This document shows positions 8,787 through 18,606 of a stretch of DNA of 60,498 nt, one piece after another. Position 1 is the first letter of the stretch, and each line of letters begins with the position of its first letter. Under the pieces are notes generated by a model. The model did no database searches, had not been told where the DNA came from, and was given only the letters and a program-made list of their open reading frames with translations. The stretch is from a virus, in UHGV virus genome UHGV-1361614. One strand, written 5' to 3'. Both the position numbers and the translations under genes were made by a program.

Positions 8787-9406
8787 TCATCTACAAGGTT
8801 TCTATCTGTATGAACTTCAGGCTGCTTTCGTGATCTCTCCCACGTTCTTACAGCTGCCTTCCAGTCTTTCATTTTGTTCTTACCTATCATCCAACCTTTA
8901 GAAACATAGAAGTTTACAAAAGATTGAGCATCAATTCCATTTCCCCTTTGCTCACAATAAGTCTGGACTTCATCCACTGTTGGGGGAATAAAAATCTGTC
9001 TTTTAGGTTCAGACTTTTCCTCTGCCTTAGGTGGTTCATCTGGTAGTTCGTTATGTGGTTCATTCTGATTTTCGGTAACTTGGAATTTGTTGTAATTTAC
9101 TACGTTTATCAGCGTTCCTCTGTTAGTTCGTTCCGTGATCACCATTTGCTCATCTTCTAATAACTTAAGGAAACGCTTGACTTTATTCCTAGACCATGAC
9201 CAGCGGGCGCTTAGCTTCTCTATACTGAACATATAGGAGCCTTTAGGGACTATGGTAGTCTTGCCGTCTACCAACATTTTTACATCCTTATGAGAAGCCG
9301 AAAGCAATATATCTATCCAAGCTGATCTTTTATCAAATGCCTCCCTACTGTTCCAAATAGAACAGTCAAATATTTGTCTATGTAGCTTTATCCAGCCTTT
9401 TTCCAT
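8771..9406 (-). CDS. phage replisome organiser / DnaD-like replication initiation protein
   Basis: 211 aa; N-terminal MEKGWIKLHRQIFD..W winged-helix pattern typical of phage replisome-organiser N-termini; C-terminal DnaD-like FVNFYVSKGWMIGKNKMKDWKAAVRTW. Confidence 0.6.
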   Translation of the reverse strand: MEKGWIKLHRQIFDCSIWNSREAFDKRSAWIDILLSASHKDVKMLVDGKTTIVPKGSYMFSIEKLSARWSWSRNKVKRFLKLLEDEQMVITERTNRGTLINVVNYNKFQVTENQNEPHNELPDEPPKAEEKSEPKRQIFIPPTVDEVQTYCEQRGNGIDAQSFVNFYVSKGWMIGKNKMKDWKAAVRTWERSRKQPEVHTDRNLVDEWRQS

Positions 9407-9848
9407 AATCCCACTCCACTATCATTCAATCGTTGTAAATTGTTTCAATAAGCAGCCTTCGCAAAGTTGCCTATCTTCATATTCATAAAGACGATCCACC
9501 TCTGACTTGCACTTATCACAAATTAATATTTTTCATACCGCTTCGGGCAGCTATCTCCCAAACAAGGATATCCAGGAGTAGCGCACCCACAGCAGTTGTT
9601 CACTTCTCTAACCATTCTATCCTATCTCCTATAATCTGGATCTGGACACAGTTCAGTATACGCATATGGTGGCATATTTGCTGACCATGTATTTGGTCTG
9701 TCCCGAAGCGCAGCTGCATCACTGGCTGCTTGAATAGCTTTGAGACGTAATGCATTTGCTTTTCTCTGCGCATCCGCGCTCTTTAATCTCATGTTTTTTA
9801 TCCTCCGTTAATTTTCTCATCCTTTGAATAACATACTCAAATGCTGGT

Positions 9849-10448
9849 TTATTCCGTTTCCACATCTTGTCCCTCTTTCAATAACTCCTGGAATTTTTCA
9901 TACTGTCTTTGGGATATCTTATTATTCGATTTATCGGGTCTAACAGCGATTGTAAGGTGTTTTTCTGCGATAGACGATAATTCCCTAGCCATAGCCTTTC
10001 TGCCTTGCTGTATACCGTCTCTATAGCCTCTAACAGGTTTAAATTCATTTATCTTTTCCTTGCCTTCGCCCTGACCGCCAGCAGTCTTATTGTATCGGCA
10101 TTGATAACCTTTCTTAGTGTATTCCAAAATCCAGTATTGTTCCCATTTGTCAAGTTCTGACACTGGATAATGAATAAAATTCAACTTCCACCCATATGGG
10201 TTATCTTTGCTATAAAATCCTCTCTTTTTAATCGAAAGGTCAATATGCTGGTATCCCGACAAATGAGAAATATTTCTTTCCAAACAATCAACACTCTGAC
10301 CGATATAAAAGTACGATATTTCATTTTCATCCGTCCTCGTATAGAAGTAAATTCCACCTTGATTTTTCATGCTAGGACAAGCATTCAATATACGTTCTTT
10401 GTTTTTGCTTTTTATGGCATATAATTGTTTATAATTCTTGCTTGACAT
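9849..10448 (-). CDS. GIY-YIG nuclease domain protein
   Basis: GIYFYTRT...YIGQS...R..SH motif near the N-terminus. Confidence 0.65.
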   Translation of the reverse strand: MSSKNYKQLYAIKSKNKERILNACPSMKNQGGIYFYTRTDENEISYFYIGQSVDCLERNISHLSGYQHIDLSIKKRGFYSKDNPYGWKLNFIHYPVSELDKWEQYWILEYTKKGYQCRYNKTAGGQGEGKEKINEFKPVRGYRDGIQQGRKAMARELSSIAEKHLTIAVRPDKSNNKISQRQYEKFQELLKEGQDVETE

Positions 10449-11403
10449 TTCTTTTGCCTCTCAATGGTGTCGTTAATATTTCTTCGATGCTCCAGCCCAT
10501 TTCTTTTCTGTGCAACAAACAATGTGCATTTACCCCTACTATGTCAGCCCATTCAATAACTCTATATGATTTTCCATTGTATTTCCAAACTGGTGAACAT
10601 GATAAATCCTTGCATCTTCGGCTACAATACACAGCGTTTTTGTAATGCCCTCCTCTTTTAGCATTAAATGTTTTTTCGCATATAGGGCAGATTTTCGTAT
10701 AATCCTTTGTATTAGGATGATTAATGTAATAAAGTTTTCTTGCACAAGTGTTACTACATGTATCATGACCTTTTCTTGCCAATCTTTCATATTCTTTACC
10801 ACATACAGGGCATACGACATATTTCTCATTATCTGTCATGGAATTTCTCTTGTTTTTTGCCTGTACATCATTAGTAACAAATCTACAATTTTCAGGACAA
10901 TAATTTTTATTAACATCAATTCTATCTATAGTAAGTATATTGATACCCTTGTTTGTTTTCTCTTCTTTATAGCCGTTTTTAATAGCCCAATCATAGAATG
11001 AGCGAAAATCATTTTTCCACTCATCACACATGATTATTCCTCTGCCACCATAATTCTTGTAATCACGAGAAGTTTTGCAATAGCAACGATATTTTATGCT
11101 TTTCCATAATGGATACAGCCTACCACATTTACCGGATAAACCATGTGTTCTATTTATCGAACCAATAATTTGTTTTTGAACACATCCACATGATTTTGTT
11201 TTGCCATTAACGATTTGACTTTTTCTTACTATTGTCTTGTTGCCACAATCGCATAAACAATTATATCTAATAGCCCTTTGACCATTTGGATATACAATAT
11301 CATCCGCTCTATTAAGAACATACAGCTTTCCGATTTTTTGCCCTATATAGCTTTTCCTCTCAATTGCCTTTGCTCTTGCTATGTTCTTGTAGTTTTGCAT
11401 CAA
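10429..11403 (-). CDS. phage zinc-binding protein with YKNYGGRGI motif (HNH/AP2-like homing-nuclease-associated)
   Basis: 324 aa; many CxxC pairs; conserved CYCKTSRDYKNYGGRGIIMCDEW block seen in phage proteins commonly annotated HNH/AP2-like. Confidence 0.5.
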   Translation of the reverse strand: MMQNYKNIARAKAIERKSYIGQKIGKLYVLNRADDIVYPNGQRAIRYNCLCDCGNKTIVRKSQIVNGKTKSCGCVQKQIIGSINRTHGLSGKCGRLYPLWKSIKYRCYCKTSRDYKNYGGRGIIMCDEWKNDFRSFYDWAIKNGYKEEKTNKGINILTIDRIDVNKNYCPENCRFVTNDVQAKNKRNSMTDNEKYVVCPVCGKEYERLARKGHDTCSNTCARKLYYINHPNTKDYTKICPICEKTFNAKRGGHYKNAVYCSRRCKDLSCSPVWKYNGKSYRVIEWADIVGVNAHCLLHRKEMGWSIEEILTTPLRGKRNVKQEL

Positions 11404-11579
11404 TTAACCTCTTTTTGGTATTTATCGCACCACCCAATTTCGCAATTTCTACTCCTATGGGTTATGATTATATAATTGCAGCTAACTTCTTTATTTGTAT
11501 TATGAGTACAGTATTTACAAGTCCGGCAAATCCCGGGGCTTGTCTTAATCATCTGTGTTGCACTTGTCATGGATCCTCC

Positions 11580-12026
11580 CTAATTGAATGGTAAGGAATC
11601 ATCATCCAAATTGTCTGGGATTTGCATAAACCCGTCTGAGTCAGCCGGACCATACGGAGAAGCACCAGGATCAGCCTGAGAAGGTGCATTGTTATTCTGT
11701 TGTTTACTTTCACCAAACTCAATCTCTTCCACCACAACATCTGTAGTGTGAACAGTATTCCCGTCCTTATTCTTATAACTTCCTGTCTGAATGCGCCCAA
11801 AAACAACAGCCTTCGTCCCTTTGCGAAAGTATTTCTCGATAAATTCCGCAGTATTTCTAAATGCGGTACAGTTAATAAAATCAGCAGTCTGCTGATCCTT
11901 ATCCTTTTTAGCAAATCTTCTGTCAACAGCAAGAGTAAATCTTGCCACCGCCATTGATTGGCTACCCTGTGTATATCTCACTTCTGGATCGCGCACAAAA
12001 CGTCCAGACAAAATCACTTTATTCAT
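11580..12026 (-). CDS. ssb: single-stranded DNA-binding protein
   Basis: MNKVILSGRFVRDPEVRYT OB-fold start; acidic tail ending DDDSLPFN; start chosen at the internal ATG that has an AAAGGA RBS. Confidence 0.85.
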   Translation of the reverse strand: MNKVILSGRFVRDPEVRYTQGSQSMAVARFTLAVDRRFAKKDKDQQTADFINCTAFRNTAEFIEKYFRKGTKAVVFGRIQTGSYKNKDGNTVHTTDVVVEEIEFGESKQQNNNAPSQADPGASPYGPADSDGFMQIPDNLDDDSLPFN

Positions 12027-12042
12027 AGCTTTTATTCCTTTC

Positions 12043-12765
12043 TTAAAACGGGCATTCACCCGGATTTTTTAATTTCCAACATTTACCTGGTTCTGCAACA
12101 TCTACATTTACTCTGGGAACCACTGCTTTCATCTTCTCGATAAATTTACCAGCATCTGCATTTTCGTTTGATAAATGGCACATAATCACATTTTGTAACT
12201 GATCTGATGCATTAGCTTTCACAAAATCACAAGCTGTATCAATGCTCATGTGTCCACGGACAACATGATTCGTTTTTGCATCGTCACCAGGCAACAGTTC
12301 CGGATCGTAATTGACACCAAGCAGAATGTGATTTACATTCTTGAACCGCCACTTAATCAACTCTGTGTCAGTTGCATAAATCATTGTTCCCATCTCCGGG
12401 TGCTGAATCCAAAAACCGTAACACGGGCATTCAGAGCCGTCACCGTTCGTGTGCATCCATTTGTCATTTAAGTCAGTTAAGTCAAATGTCCTCACTTTCC
12501 ACGGAGCTTTGAATTTCACGCCACTATCATTCCTGTATGGTGCAAATATTTGTACCCCAATACTTTCTAGGGCACTTATTGCTTTATTGTGATCTTTATG
12601 TTCGTGGGTGACTATACATCCAAAAACATGTCTTAAATCCCAATTCAAGCCTTTTTTTATTTCTGTTATTCGCAAACCAGCATCTAATATAAGTGTTTCT
12701 TCAGTATTCGTTGTTAAAAGATAGCAATTCCCAGAAGATCCAGTCCCAATAATTTTCAACCTCAT
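12043..12765 (-). CDS. metallo-beta-lactamase-fold hydrolase (phage recombination-module type)
   Basis: HEHKDH motif; MBL-fold sequence pattern. Confidence 0.7.
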   Translation of the reverse strand: MRLKIIGTGSSGNCYLLTTNTEETLILDAGLRITEIKKGLNWDLRHVFGCIVTHEHKDHNKAISALESIGVQIFAPYRNDSGVKFKAPWKVRTFDLTDLNDKWMHTNGDGSECPCYGFWIQHPEMGTMIYATDTELIKWRFKNVNHILLGVNYDPELLPGDDAKTNHVVRGHMSIDTACDFVKANASDQLQNVIMCHLSNENADAGKFIEKMKAVVPRVNVDVAEPGKCWKLKNPGECPF

Positions 12766-12933
12766 ACTACGCAGCTTTACCGGTATTCTTCTGGTCTTTT
12801 CTTTCCAGGTACAGCTTCACCAGTGTGTAGATCTGGCGAAGGAACAAGCTGTCTTCTGTATGGCTTATGTTCTGGATGATATACTGCTTTACATGTTTGT
12901 TATTCATAGGCTACCTCCTCTAAATTTCAGTTT

Positions 12934-13302
12934 TTAGTTAATTTTCTCAAAATAGAAAACAACAGGCTTCTTGTTCGGAATTACCAGTCCGAACCTTACT
13001 GCATTTTTGTATGTAACGTTGTCACGCATCAGAGTGTCCGGCATGGCTTCTATCATCTTTCTGAATCCCTCAAGTGTGGATCGACTCTTATAATGATTGC
13101 AGCTCCGGCAAGCAGGAAGCATATTATCTACCGTGTCTGTTCCCTGTTCACTCCATCCATTCAACGGGATCACATGATCTACTTGCATATCCTTATATTG
13201 CAAATCACACCCACAATAGGCACAATGACCGTTGCATTTTTGGTATACTGCCATCCTTACACTCTTAGATAATGCTTTTCTCTTTACTTCCAACAATATC
13301 AC
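12934..13302 (-). CDS. HNH endonuclease
   Basis: CAYCGC ... DHVIP ... N ... CRSCNHYK arrangement of the HNH motif. Confidence 0.8.
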   Translation of the reverse strand: MILLEVKRKALSKSVRMAVYQKCNGHCAYCGCDLQYKDMQVDHVIPLNGWSEQGTDTVDNMLPACRSCNHYKSRSTLEGFRKMIEAMPDTLMRDNVTYKNAVRFGLVIPNKKPVVFYFEKIN

Positions 13303-13315
13303 CTCATTTTCAGTT

Positions 13316-14191
13316 TTACTTAACTTTTTCGACTATTTTTTCAATAAGATATTTCGCGGTTTCTGCCTGTGTATGTTTTTCTTCTGAATACCGCCTTATA
13401 TCATCCGTAAGAAATGATGGTTCCACGCTATTCATATACGTTTCAATCATGGCGAGTCTTTCATTTTTATCAAAACAGCAAAACTCTACCTGTTGTCGAA
13501 ATCTCCGAAGCAAAGCCTTGTCCAGTCTGTCGCATCTATTTGTGGCAGCAATAACGATCTGACCATCTACCAATCCATCCAAAGCCTGCATTAACGCTAT
13601 CGTGGTCCTGCCGAGTTCTCCATCTGCACCAGTATCATTTCCACGCTCCAGTCCAATGCAATCCACTTCATCCAGCATCAGTACACATTTCTGATCTTTG
13701 CAGTAATCAAATATACGGCTCAGATTCTTTGCAGTCTGTCCCAAGTGAGAATCAATCAGATACGAAAAATTCAGATATGCATATGGCAGTCCAAGTTTGA
13801 ATGCAACATACCGGGCAAATTCTGTCTTGCCTGTTCCTGGGTCCCCGTAAATAAGAGTGCTGTTCGTATAGGGGATTCCGTATTCCAGCATCTTTGTGGT
13901 TGTTCTTACACCTGCTTCGATCTTACGAAAGAGTTCAGCCTGCTGATGCCCAAGATAGTATCTGTCCTCTTTAAAGTCCGACACATCCTGCATATTAATC
14001 AGTCCTTTAAGATTCATAGGGACTTCAAACAAATTCACACTTCCATTTTCCAACAGCTTTTTGTAGTAATCCGTCCTTGAAGCATTCTTTTTTGTGTTAT
14101 CGTTGATGCAACAGCATATTGCTTCATTCTTTGCATCCTGTATTCTGTTTTCAGCTAATGCCTTGATGCAGGCAAGCATATGTTCATCCAT
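13316..14191 (-). CDS. AAA+ ATPase
   Basis: Walker A GDPGTGKT, Walker B VLMLDEVD, and an arginine-finger-like ATNRCDRLDKALLRRF. Confidence 0.75.
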   Translation of the reverse strand: MDEHMLACIKALAENRIQDAKNEAICCCINDNTKKNASRTDYYKKLLENGSVNLFEVPMNLKGLINMQDVSDFKEDRYYLGHQQAELFRKIEAGVRTTTKMLEYGIPYTNSTLIYGDPGTGKTEFARYVAFKLGLPYAYLNFSYLIDSHLGQTAKNLSRIFDYCKDQKCVLMLDEVDCIGLERGNDTGADGELGRTTIALMQALDGLVDGQIVIAATNRCDRLDKALLRRFRQQVEFCCFDKNERLAMIETYMNSVEPSFLTDDIRRYSEEKHTQAETAKYLIEKIVEKVK

Positions 14192-14309
14192 GCCTATTAT
14201 TGGCGTTACCTCCTTTACTGAATATCTTAAAATTCATTGCATTTTCCTTAAAATACAGTTTTTTATATATCCATTTGTAGAATTTTCTTCTAATCATCAT
14301 TCACACCTT

Positions 14310-14714
14310 TCAGTTTAACTCAATTGCTTCAGCCTTAGAAATTGGCTGACTATTGTAGGTAACAGTAATTTCTCTCTGATATGCAAAATGGCTATGGCAA
14401 TATGGACATTCGCAATCATTATCATCATCGTCCATCTCAAAACTCTCAATCTCACTTTCGCAATATGGACAAACAATTTCATCGGTAAAATCATGGTCTT
14501 CTGGTTCATCTGGAAGTTCAAGTACATTCAGCTCTTTTACCACCGCATAATTTTGTTTTGATGCAATACAACAAACTGTATATAAATGTCCTCTAATTTT
14601 CAAAAGATCATCTATTTCAATTTTTCTGTCAACCTCAATGAGTGGAATCGCATTTTTATTTACCGGTTCAAAGATACCAACTTCTGATTTTTCATATACT
14701 TTCATTGCTTGCAT
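14310..14714 (-). CDS. zinc-ribbon hypothetical protein
   Basis: C-terminal CPYCESE ... CECPYCHSHF. Confidence 0.45.
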   Translation of the reverse strand: MQAMKVYEKSEVGIFEPVNKNAIPLIEVDRKIEIDDLLKIRGHLYTVCCIASKQNYAVVKELNVLELPDEPEDHDFTDEIVCPYCESEIESFEMDDDDNDCECPYCHSHFAYQREITVTYNSQPISKAEAIELN

Positions 14715-14864
14715 TTCCTCCGCTAAATCTTAATTTACCTGTGTAACAGTTTCAGGTTTAACTTCATTAAACTCTTTTGAATTATTCTTCACAGTCAATG
14801 CTTTAAATTTAACCATGTTACCTCCAAGTCTTAATTACTTTCGTTCCTAGAGTTATCAGTTCAA

Positions 14865-15614
14865 CTATTTCATAAACTCAGGTAATACCTGCTGCCCATC
14901 TGGCTCTTCTGCTGGTTCAGGCTTTTCAGACTCAGGTTCAAAAACAACCATATTTGCATTGGCTGCAATTTCTTTTTGAGCCCGTATCTGCATTTCTTCC
15001 ATCGGATATTCTTTAAAGTCATTGTCCTGCATTTCCTCTTTTGTATACAGTCCCATAGTCAGTTCTGGGCAATTAAGGCTAGAAAAGAAAGATGCAGCTC
15101 TGTAACGAAGCATCAGCTGTGGCATGGTTTTCCATTTGCTTCCATTTTTAGAAAGCCAGCCTTCATCTTTTGCCATATCCATATCAACAGTCATACCTTC
15201 AACTCGTCTGCCGTTCTTCATTGTCCATGCCATGCAAGAAAATGGCTTCCCGTCCTTGCCCTTCGTTTCCTCAAACTGCAATTCCATGTCAAATTTTCCA
15301 GAATTGTTAATAGCTGCAATCAAGAATTTAGAACTCCATGACGGTCTTCCCTGGATAACATAAAGATTCTGCATAACCATAAGCGGACTAACCTTAAGCC
15401 GATTGGCCTGCTCTATTGCAATCAAACAGTTTGCATCATTTCTCTGAAATGTAGCCGGAACAATTGTAGAACTCGAAAGCGCTTTAGCCATTTGCATAGC
15501 CATAATGAAGTTATCTGACGTTCCAAAAATTCCAAGGCTGTAGTCTGTCACCTTGTTTCTTGCCTGAACTGCCTCTTTCTTTTCCTCTGATACTGCCATC
15601 TGTGTATCTGTCAT
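14865..15614 (-). CDS. recT: RecT-family single-strand annealing recombinase
   Basis: 249 aa; RecT-like core; sits with SSB and the Rad50-like ATPase as in phage recombination modules. Confidence 0.65.
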   Translation of the reverse strand: MTDTQMAVSEEKKEAVQARNKVTDYSLGIFGTSDNFIMAMQMAKALSSSTIVPATFQRNDANCLIAIEQANRLKVSPLMVMQNLYVIQGRPSWSSKFLIAAINNSGKFDMELQFEETKGKDGKPFSCMAWTMKNGRRVEGMTVDMDMAKDEGWLSKNGSKWKTMPQLMLRYRAASFFSSLNCPELTMGLYTKEEMQDNDFKEYPMEEMQIRAQKEIAANANMVVFEPESEKPEPAEEPDGQQVLPEFMK

Positions 15615-16640
15615 CTATTTTCCCTCCATTGATTCTTTTACATACAAATCCATTGAATAGCACAGTTTAATGCAATTTCCATGTAATGCATGGTTTTTCC
15701 AAGCATTATATTTTTCGTAAAACTTCTCTTCTGGCATTTTTCCAACCTTAACCAGCTCTATCCATTTATGGATGTTTTTCCTGGATCTACGTTTGTTGCT
15801 GCCATTCAATTTCCTTATATATTTGCCCTCAGCCGTTACATAATGATGAAAACCTGTAAAAGATATCCCGCACTTAAACGGAACTATTTGTGTTTTCCCA
15901 TTTAGTTCCAATCTAAGGTTTGCTAAAGTTTGCCTTATCTGGTCTAAGCACATCTTCAAATACCCTTTGTCTGGATGAATTAAATAAAAATCATCCATAT
16001 ATCTTCCGTATCTGGAAATTTTGAGATTTTCTGTAATAATATGATCCATTTCATCCAGCATCAGAAGCGCATATACCTGTGCTACCTGATTTCCAAGAGG
16101 AATTCCCAAACCTTCTGTGCTGTCAATAAATAAATGGTTCAGCCATTTTACGTACTCATCTGGTAAATGATAATCTACAATCTGCTTGAGGATTTCGTGA
16201 TCTATCTGGTAGAAAAACTTTCTGATATCACACTTAAGGATCCAGCCAGAAAGTCCATACTGACTGTAAAAATCTAGCATCTGTTCTTTCAGACAATCCA
16301 TTCCAAAATGAGTGCCTTTTCCCTCTTGCCCGGCATAATTCGTTCTGATAAAACGATTCTTTAATACCGGATGCAGAACTTCATCACAAAGACAATGCTG
16401 CACTACTTTGTCTTTAAAAGAACACGATTTAATCACCCGTTCTTTAGGCTCATATATTTTAAATTCATTGTACGAATTCATACTATATGTCTGATTTTCC
16501 AGTTGCTCTTTTAACAGGTGCAAACCTTCCAAATTCATAGTCTGAAATTTTGCACAGCTACTATTAAAACCTTTTCCAGACTTAGCTTTCCTATACGCTT
16601 TATACAGGTTCTCATAACTGCATATAACATCTTTATACAT
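15615..16640 (-). CDS. reverse transcriptase, DGR type (DGR-1)
   Basis: 341 aa; YMDDF (YxDD) motif; motif 4 GIPLGNQVAQVYALLMLDEMDH resembles the DGR-specific GNxxSQ pattern; no maturase or endonuclease domain; cognate TR lies immediately upstream. Confidence 0.85.
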   Translation of the reverse strand: MYKDVICSYENLYKAYRKAKSGKGFNSSCAKFQTMNLEGLHLLKEQLENQTYSMNSYNEFKIYEPKERVIKSCSFKDKVVQHCLCDEVLHPVLKNRFIRTNYAGQEGKGTHFGMDCLKEQMLDFYSQYGLSGWILKCDIRKFFYQIDHEILKQIVDYHLPDEYVKWLNHLFIDSTEGLGIPLGNQVAQVYALLMLDEMDHIITENLKISRYGRYMDDFYLIHPDKGYLKMCLDQIRQTLANLRLELNGKTQIVPFKCGISFTGFHHYVTAEGKYIRKLNGSNKRRSRKNIHKWIELVKVGKMPEEKFYEKYNAWKNHALHGNCIKLCYSMDLYVKESMEGK

Positions 16641-16738
16641 TGTAAAAATTCCTTTGTATTTACCCTTCCTGGGAGGGTCATGAGCTTTTTTGTATCTTTT
16701 ACTGATTTCGGCTTAATGCCTACTCTTACTATCTGTGT

Positions 16739-16825
16739 GATACAGAATGGACGAACACCGTCGTTGTTATTGTAGTTGTTGTTGTTGATATTGCCAGAAG
16801 GAGAAACAACGGTTTGTACAGCTCA
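16739..16825 (-). repeat. DGR-1 template repeat (TR)
   Basis: On the coding (minus) strand this copy carries AAC/AAT codons (NINNNNYNNNDGVRPFCI) at every position where the two VRs differ; shared 3' core CGGTGTTCGTCCATTCTGTATC. Confidence 0.8.
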
Positions 16826-16837
16826 CAGCCCAATTAC

Positions 16838-17209
16838 TTATCTTTCTTTGTCCTTCGTTCTCCAAGCAATCGCCATATGCTTAATATCAGACACCATTTT
16901 TGACCAATATTCCATGCTTTTCACATTGATAATATTTAACTTCATGGACAATTCAATGTAAAACAGAAGCTCATCGCAATGCGTGATTGCTTTGGTTTGC
17001 AATTCTGATCGGTCCCTGCGATATGACTTCAAATCGGTTCTGTTTGCTTCATACAGATACTCATAAATTTCAAGAGCCTTATTCTGCATTTTATCTACAA
17101 GAGAAAATCTGTATTTCTTCGGATACCGGTTACAATTTGAAGTCACTCGCAAGGTATGTTCCGCCAGTTCTTTTGCTTTAAGTATTACTTTTAAATCATT
17201 TTCTGGCAT
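16838..17209 (-). CDS. avd: accessory variability determinant (Avd), 23S rRNA intervening-sequence-protein-like four-helix bundle
   Basis: 123 aa, basic; DLKVILKAKELAEHTLRVTSNCNRYPKKYRFSL matches the Avd/IVS-protein pattern; canonical position between target and TR. Confidence 0.7.
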   Translation of the reverse strand: MPENDLKVILKAKELAEHTLRVTSNCNRYPKKYRFSLVDKMQNKALEIYEYLYEANRTDLKSYRRDRSELQTKAITHCDELLFYIELSMKLNIINVKSMEYWSKMVSDIKHMAIAWRTKDKER

Positions 17210-17213
17210 TTAC

Positions 17214-17820
17214 TTATTCCTCTGATTCAAAGATTGAAGAGGAAAAGATACAGAATGGACGAACACCGTCGCAGCAATCGCAGTAGCGGTTGAGGACACG
17301 GCCAGAAGGAGAAACAACGGCTACTGTACTGGAATAATCATTACATGGTGTACTCCACGGGCTAATTAACCACCACCATTTATTTGCATTAGGAATGTAT
17401 TTCCTATATTTTCTGTACTCATCTACTGTCAGAAGCGACACTTTATCAGTGCATGATCCGTATTCTGTCTGACCGTCAAGAGAAAGGAGATTTCTTTCAA
17501 ACCCTAATACATTTCCTTCTCCTATTTCTTTTTCCAGCTTTTCTAAAAATTCTTTGTTCAGATAACTTCTCAGTTTACTTGTTTCCCAGTTGTTATCGTC
17601 AGAATCAAACTCTTTATTCCCTATAGATTCTGCCAGGCACACATATCCCTCACCTGCAATATTCAGAATTTTCCATGTTGTTCCGGCAAGCTGAAATTCA
17701 TCTCCGATTGAAAGTCCAGCTGGTAACTTCTTGTTCTTAGAATTATTACCATTCAATGCATTAATTTCTTTTTTTAACTCATCGATCTGATCCTGAAGTG
17801 CTTTCATTGTTAATGCCATG
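17214..17820 (-). CDS. DGR-1 variable target protein B (C-terminal VR)
   Basis: Paralogue of the upstream gene; VR residues RVLNRYCDCCD sit where the TR encodes NINNNNYNNND; start at the ATG 2 nt after the upstream stop, with an AGGGAG RBS. Confidence 0.75.
17247..17332 (-). repeat. DGR-1 variable repeat, VR-B
   Basis: About 85 bp matching the TR; roughly 18 mismatches, all at TR adenines on the coding strand. Confidence 0.8.
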
Positions 17821-17821
17821 A

Positions 17822-18427
17822 TTATTCTCCCTTCGATACAAAGATATGAGATTTTAAGATACAAAATGGACGAACACCGCCGTTGTTATCGTAGAAGTGG
17901 CTGATGAAATTGCCAGAAGGAGAAACAACGGCCATCGAGTACTCCCATCCACGTTCTTTGGTGCTCCATGGGGTGCATGTCCACCACCAGTCACCCAGGT
18001 CTTTATTGACAAGCAGATCATTATACTTTCTGGTTTCATCAAAGGTAATCGGTCTTACCTTGCATACACAGTCTTCAAATTCGTGCTGCATATCCACTGA
18101 TGTAAGGTTTACTTTATGTTCAACCAGGTTCTCTGCGCCAAGCGCATTTTCAATGATTGGCTGAATATCAGCTTCAATCATTTTTTTAAGGCTTGATTTG
18201 TTGTAATCTTTCGTATTTCGGTCGAATACAACGTCCTCTGCCATAAATTCTTTTGAAATAACTTTTGTTGTCTGACTAGAACCATCCTGATCCAGCACGA
18301 TAAAATCATGCTCCCCGATCTTAAATGTTTCCCTAGGCTTCAGTTCTGACAGCCTTACTTTGTTCTTTTTCTCTGCTTCTTCCAACTGCTTTACTAACTC
18401 TCTTGCCATATCTAAAGCTTTGCTCAT
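17822..18427 (-). CDS. DGR-1 variable target protein A (C-terminal VR)
   Basis: 201 aa; C-terminal WWWTCTPWS...VVSPSGNFISHFYDNNGGVRPFCI; VR aligns to the TR with adenine-only changes. Confidence 0.75.
   Translation of the reverse strand: MSKALDMARELVKQLEEAEKKNKVRLSELKPRETFKIGEHDFIVLDQDGSSQTTKVISKEFMAEDVVFDRNTKDYNKSSLKKMIEADIQPIIENALGAENLVEHKVNLTSVDMQHEFEDCVCKVRPITFDETRKYNDLLVNKDLGDWWWTCTPWSTKERGWEYSMAVVSPSGNFISHFYDNNGGVRPFCILKSHIFVSKGE
17858..17945 (-). repeat. DGR-1 variable repeat, VR-A
   Basis: Matches the TR; differences only at TR-A positions (N to F/S/H/D/G). Confidence 0.8.
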
Positions 18428-18606
18428 TTTTGTTTCCTCCCTCGCTAAATCGCATTAAATAACTGAACCGCAAACAGCTCATTAACAAATTTTTTGTAAA
18501 CCTTTCCATCCATTTTTACACAATACTGGAATCCGTCATTTTCAAGGGTGACTTTGCATGGTTTCCCCTTCTCTGTAGCAATCCATTTGTCCATGATTAC
18601 CATAAT

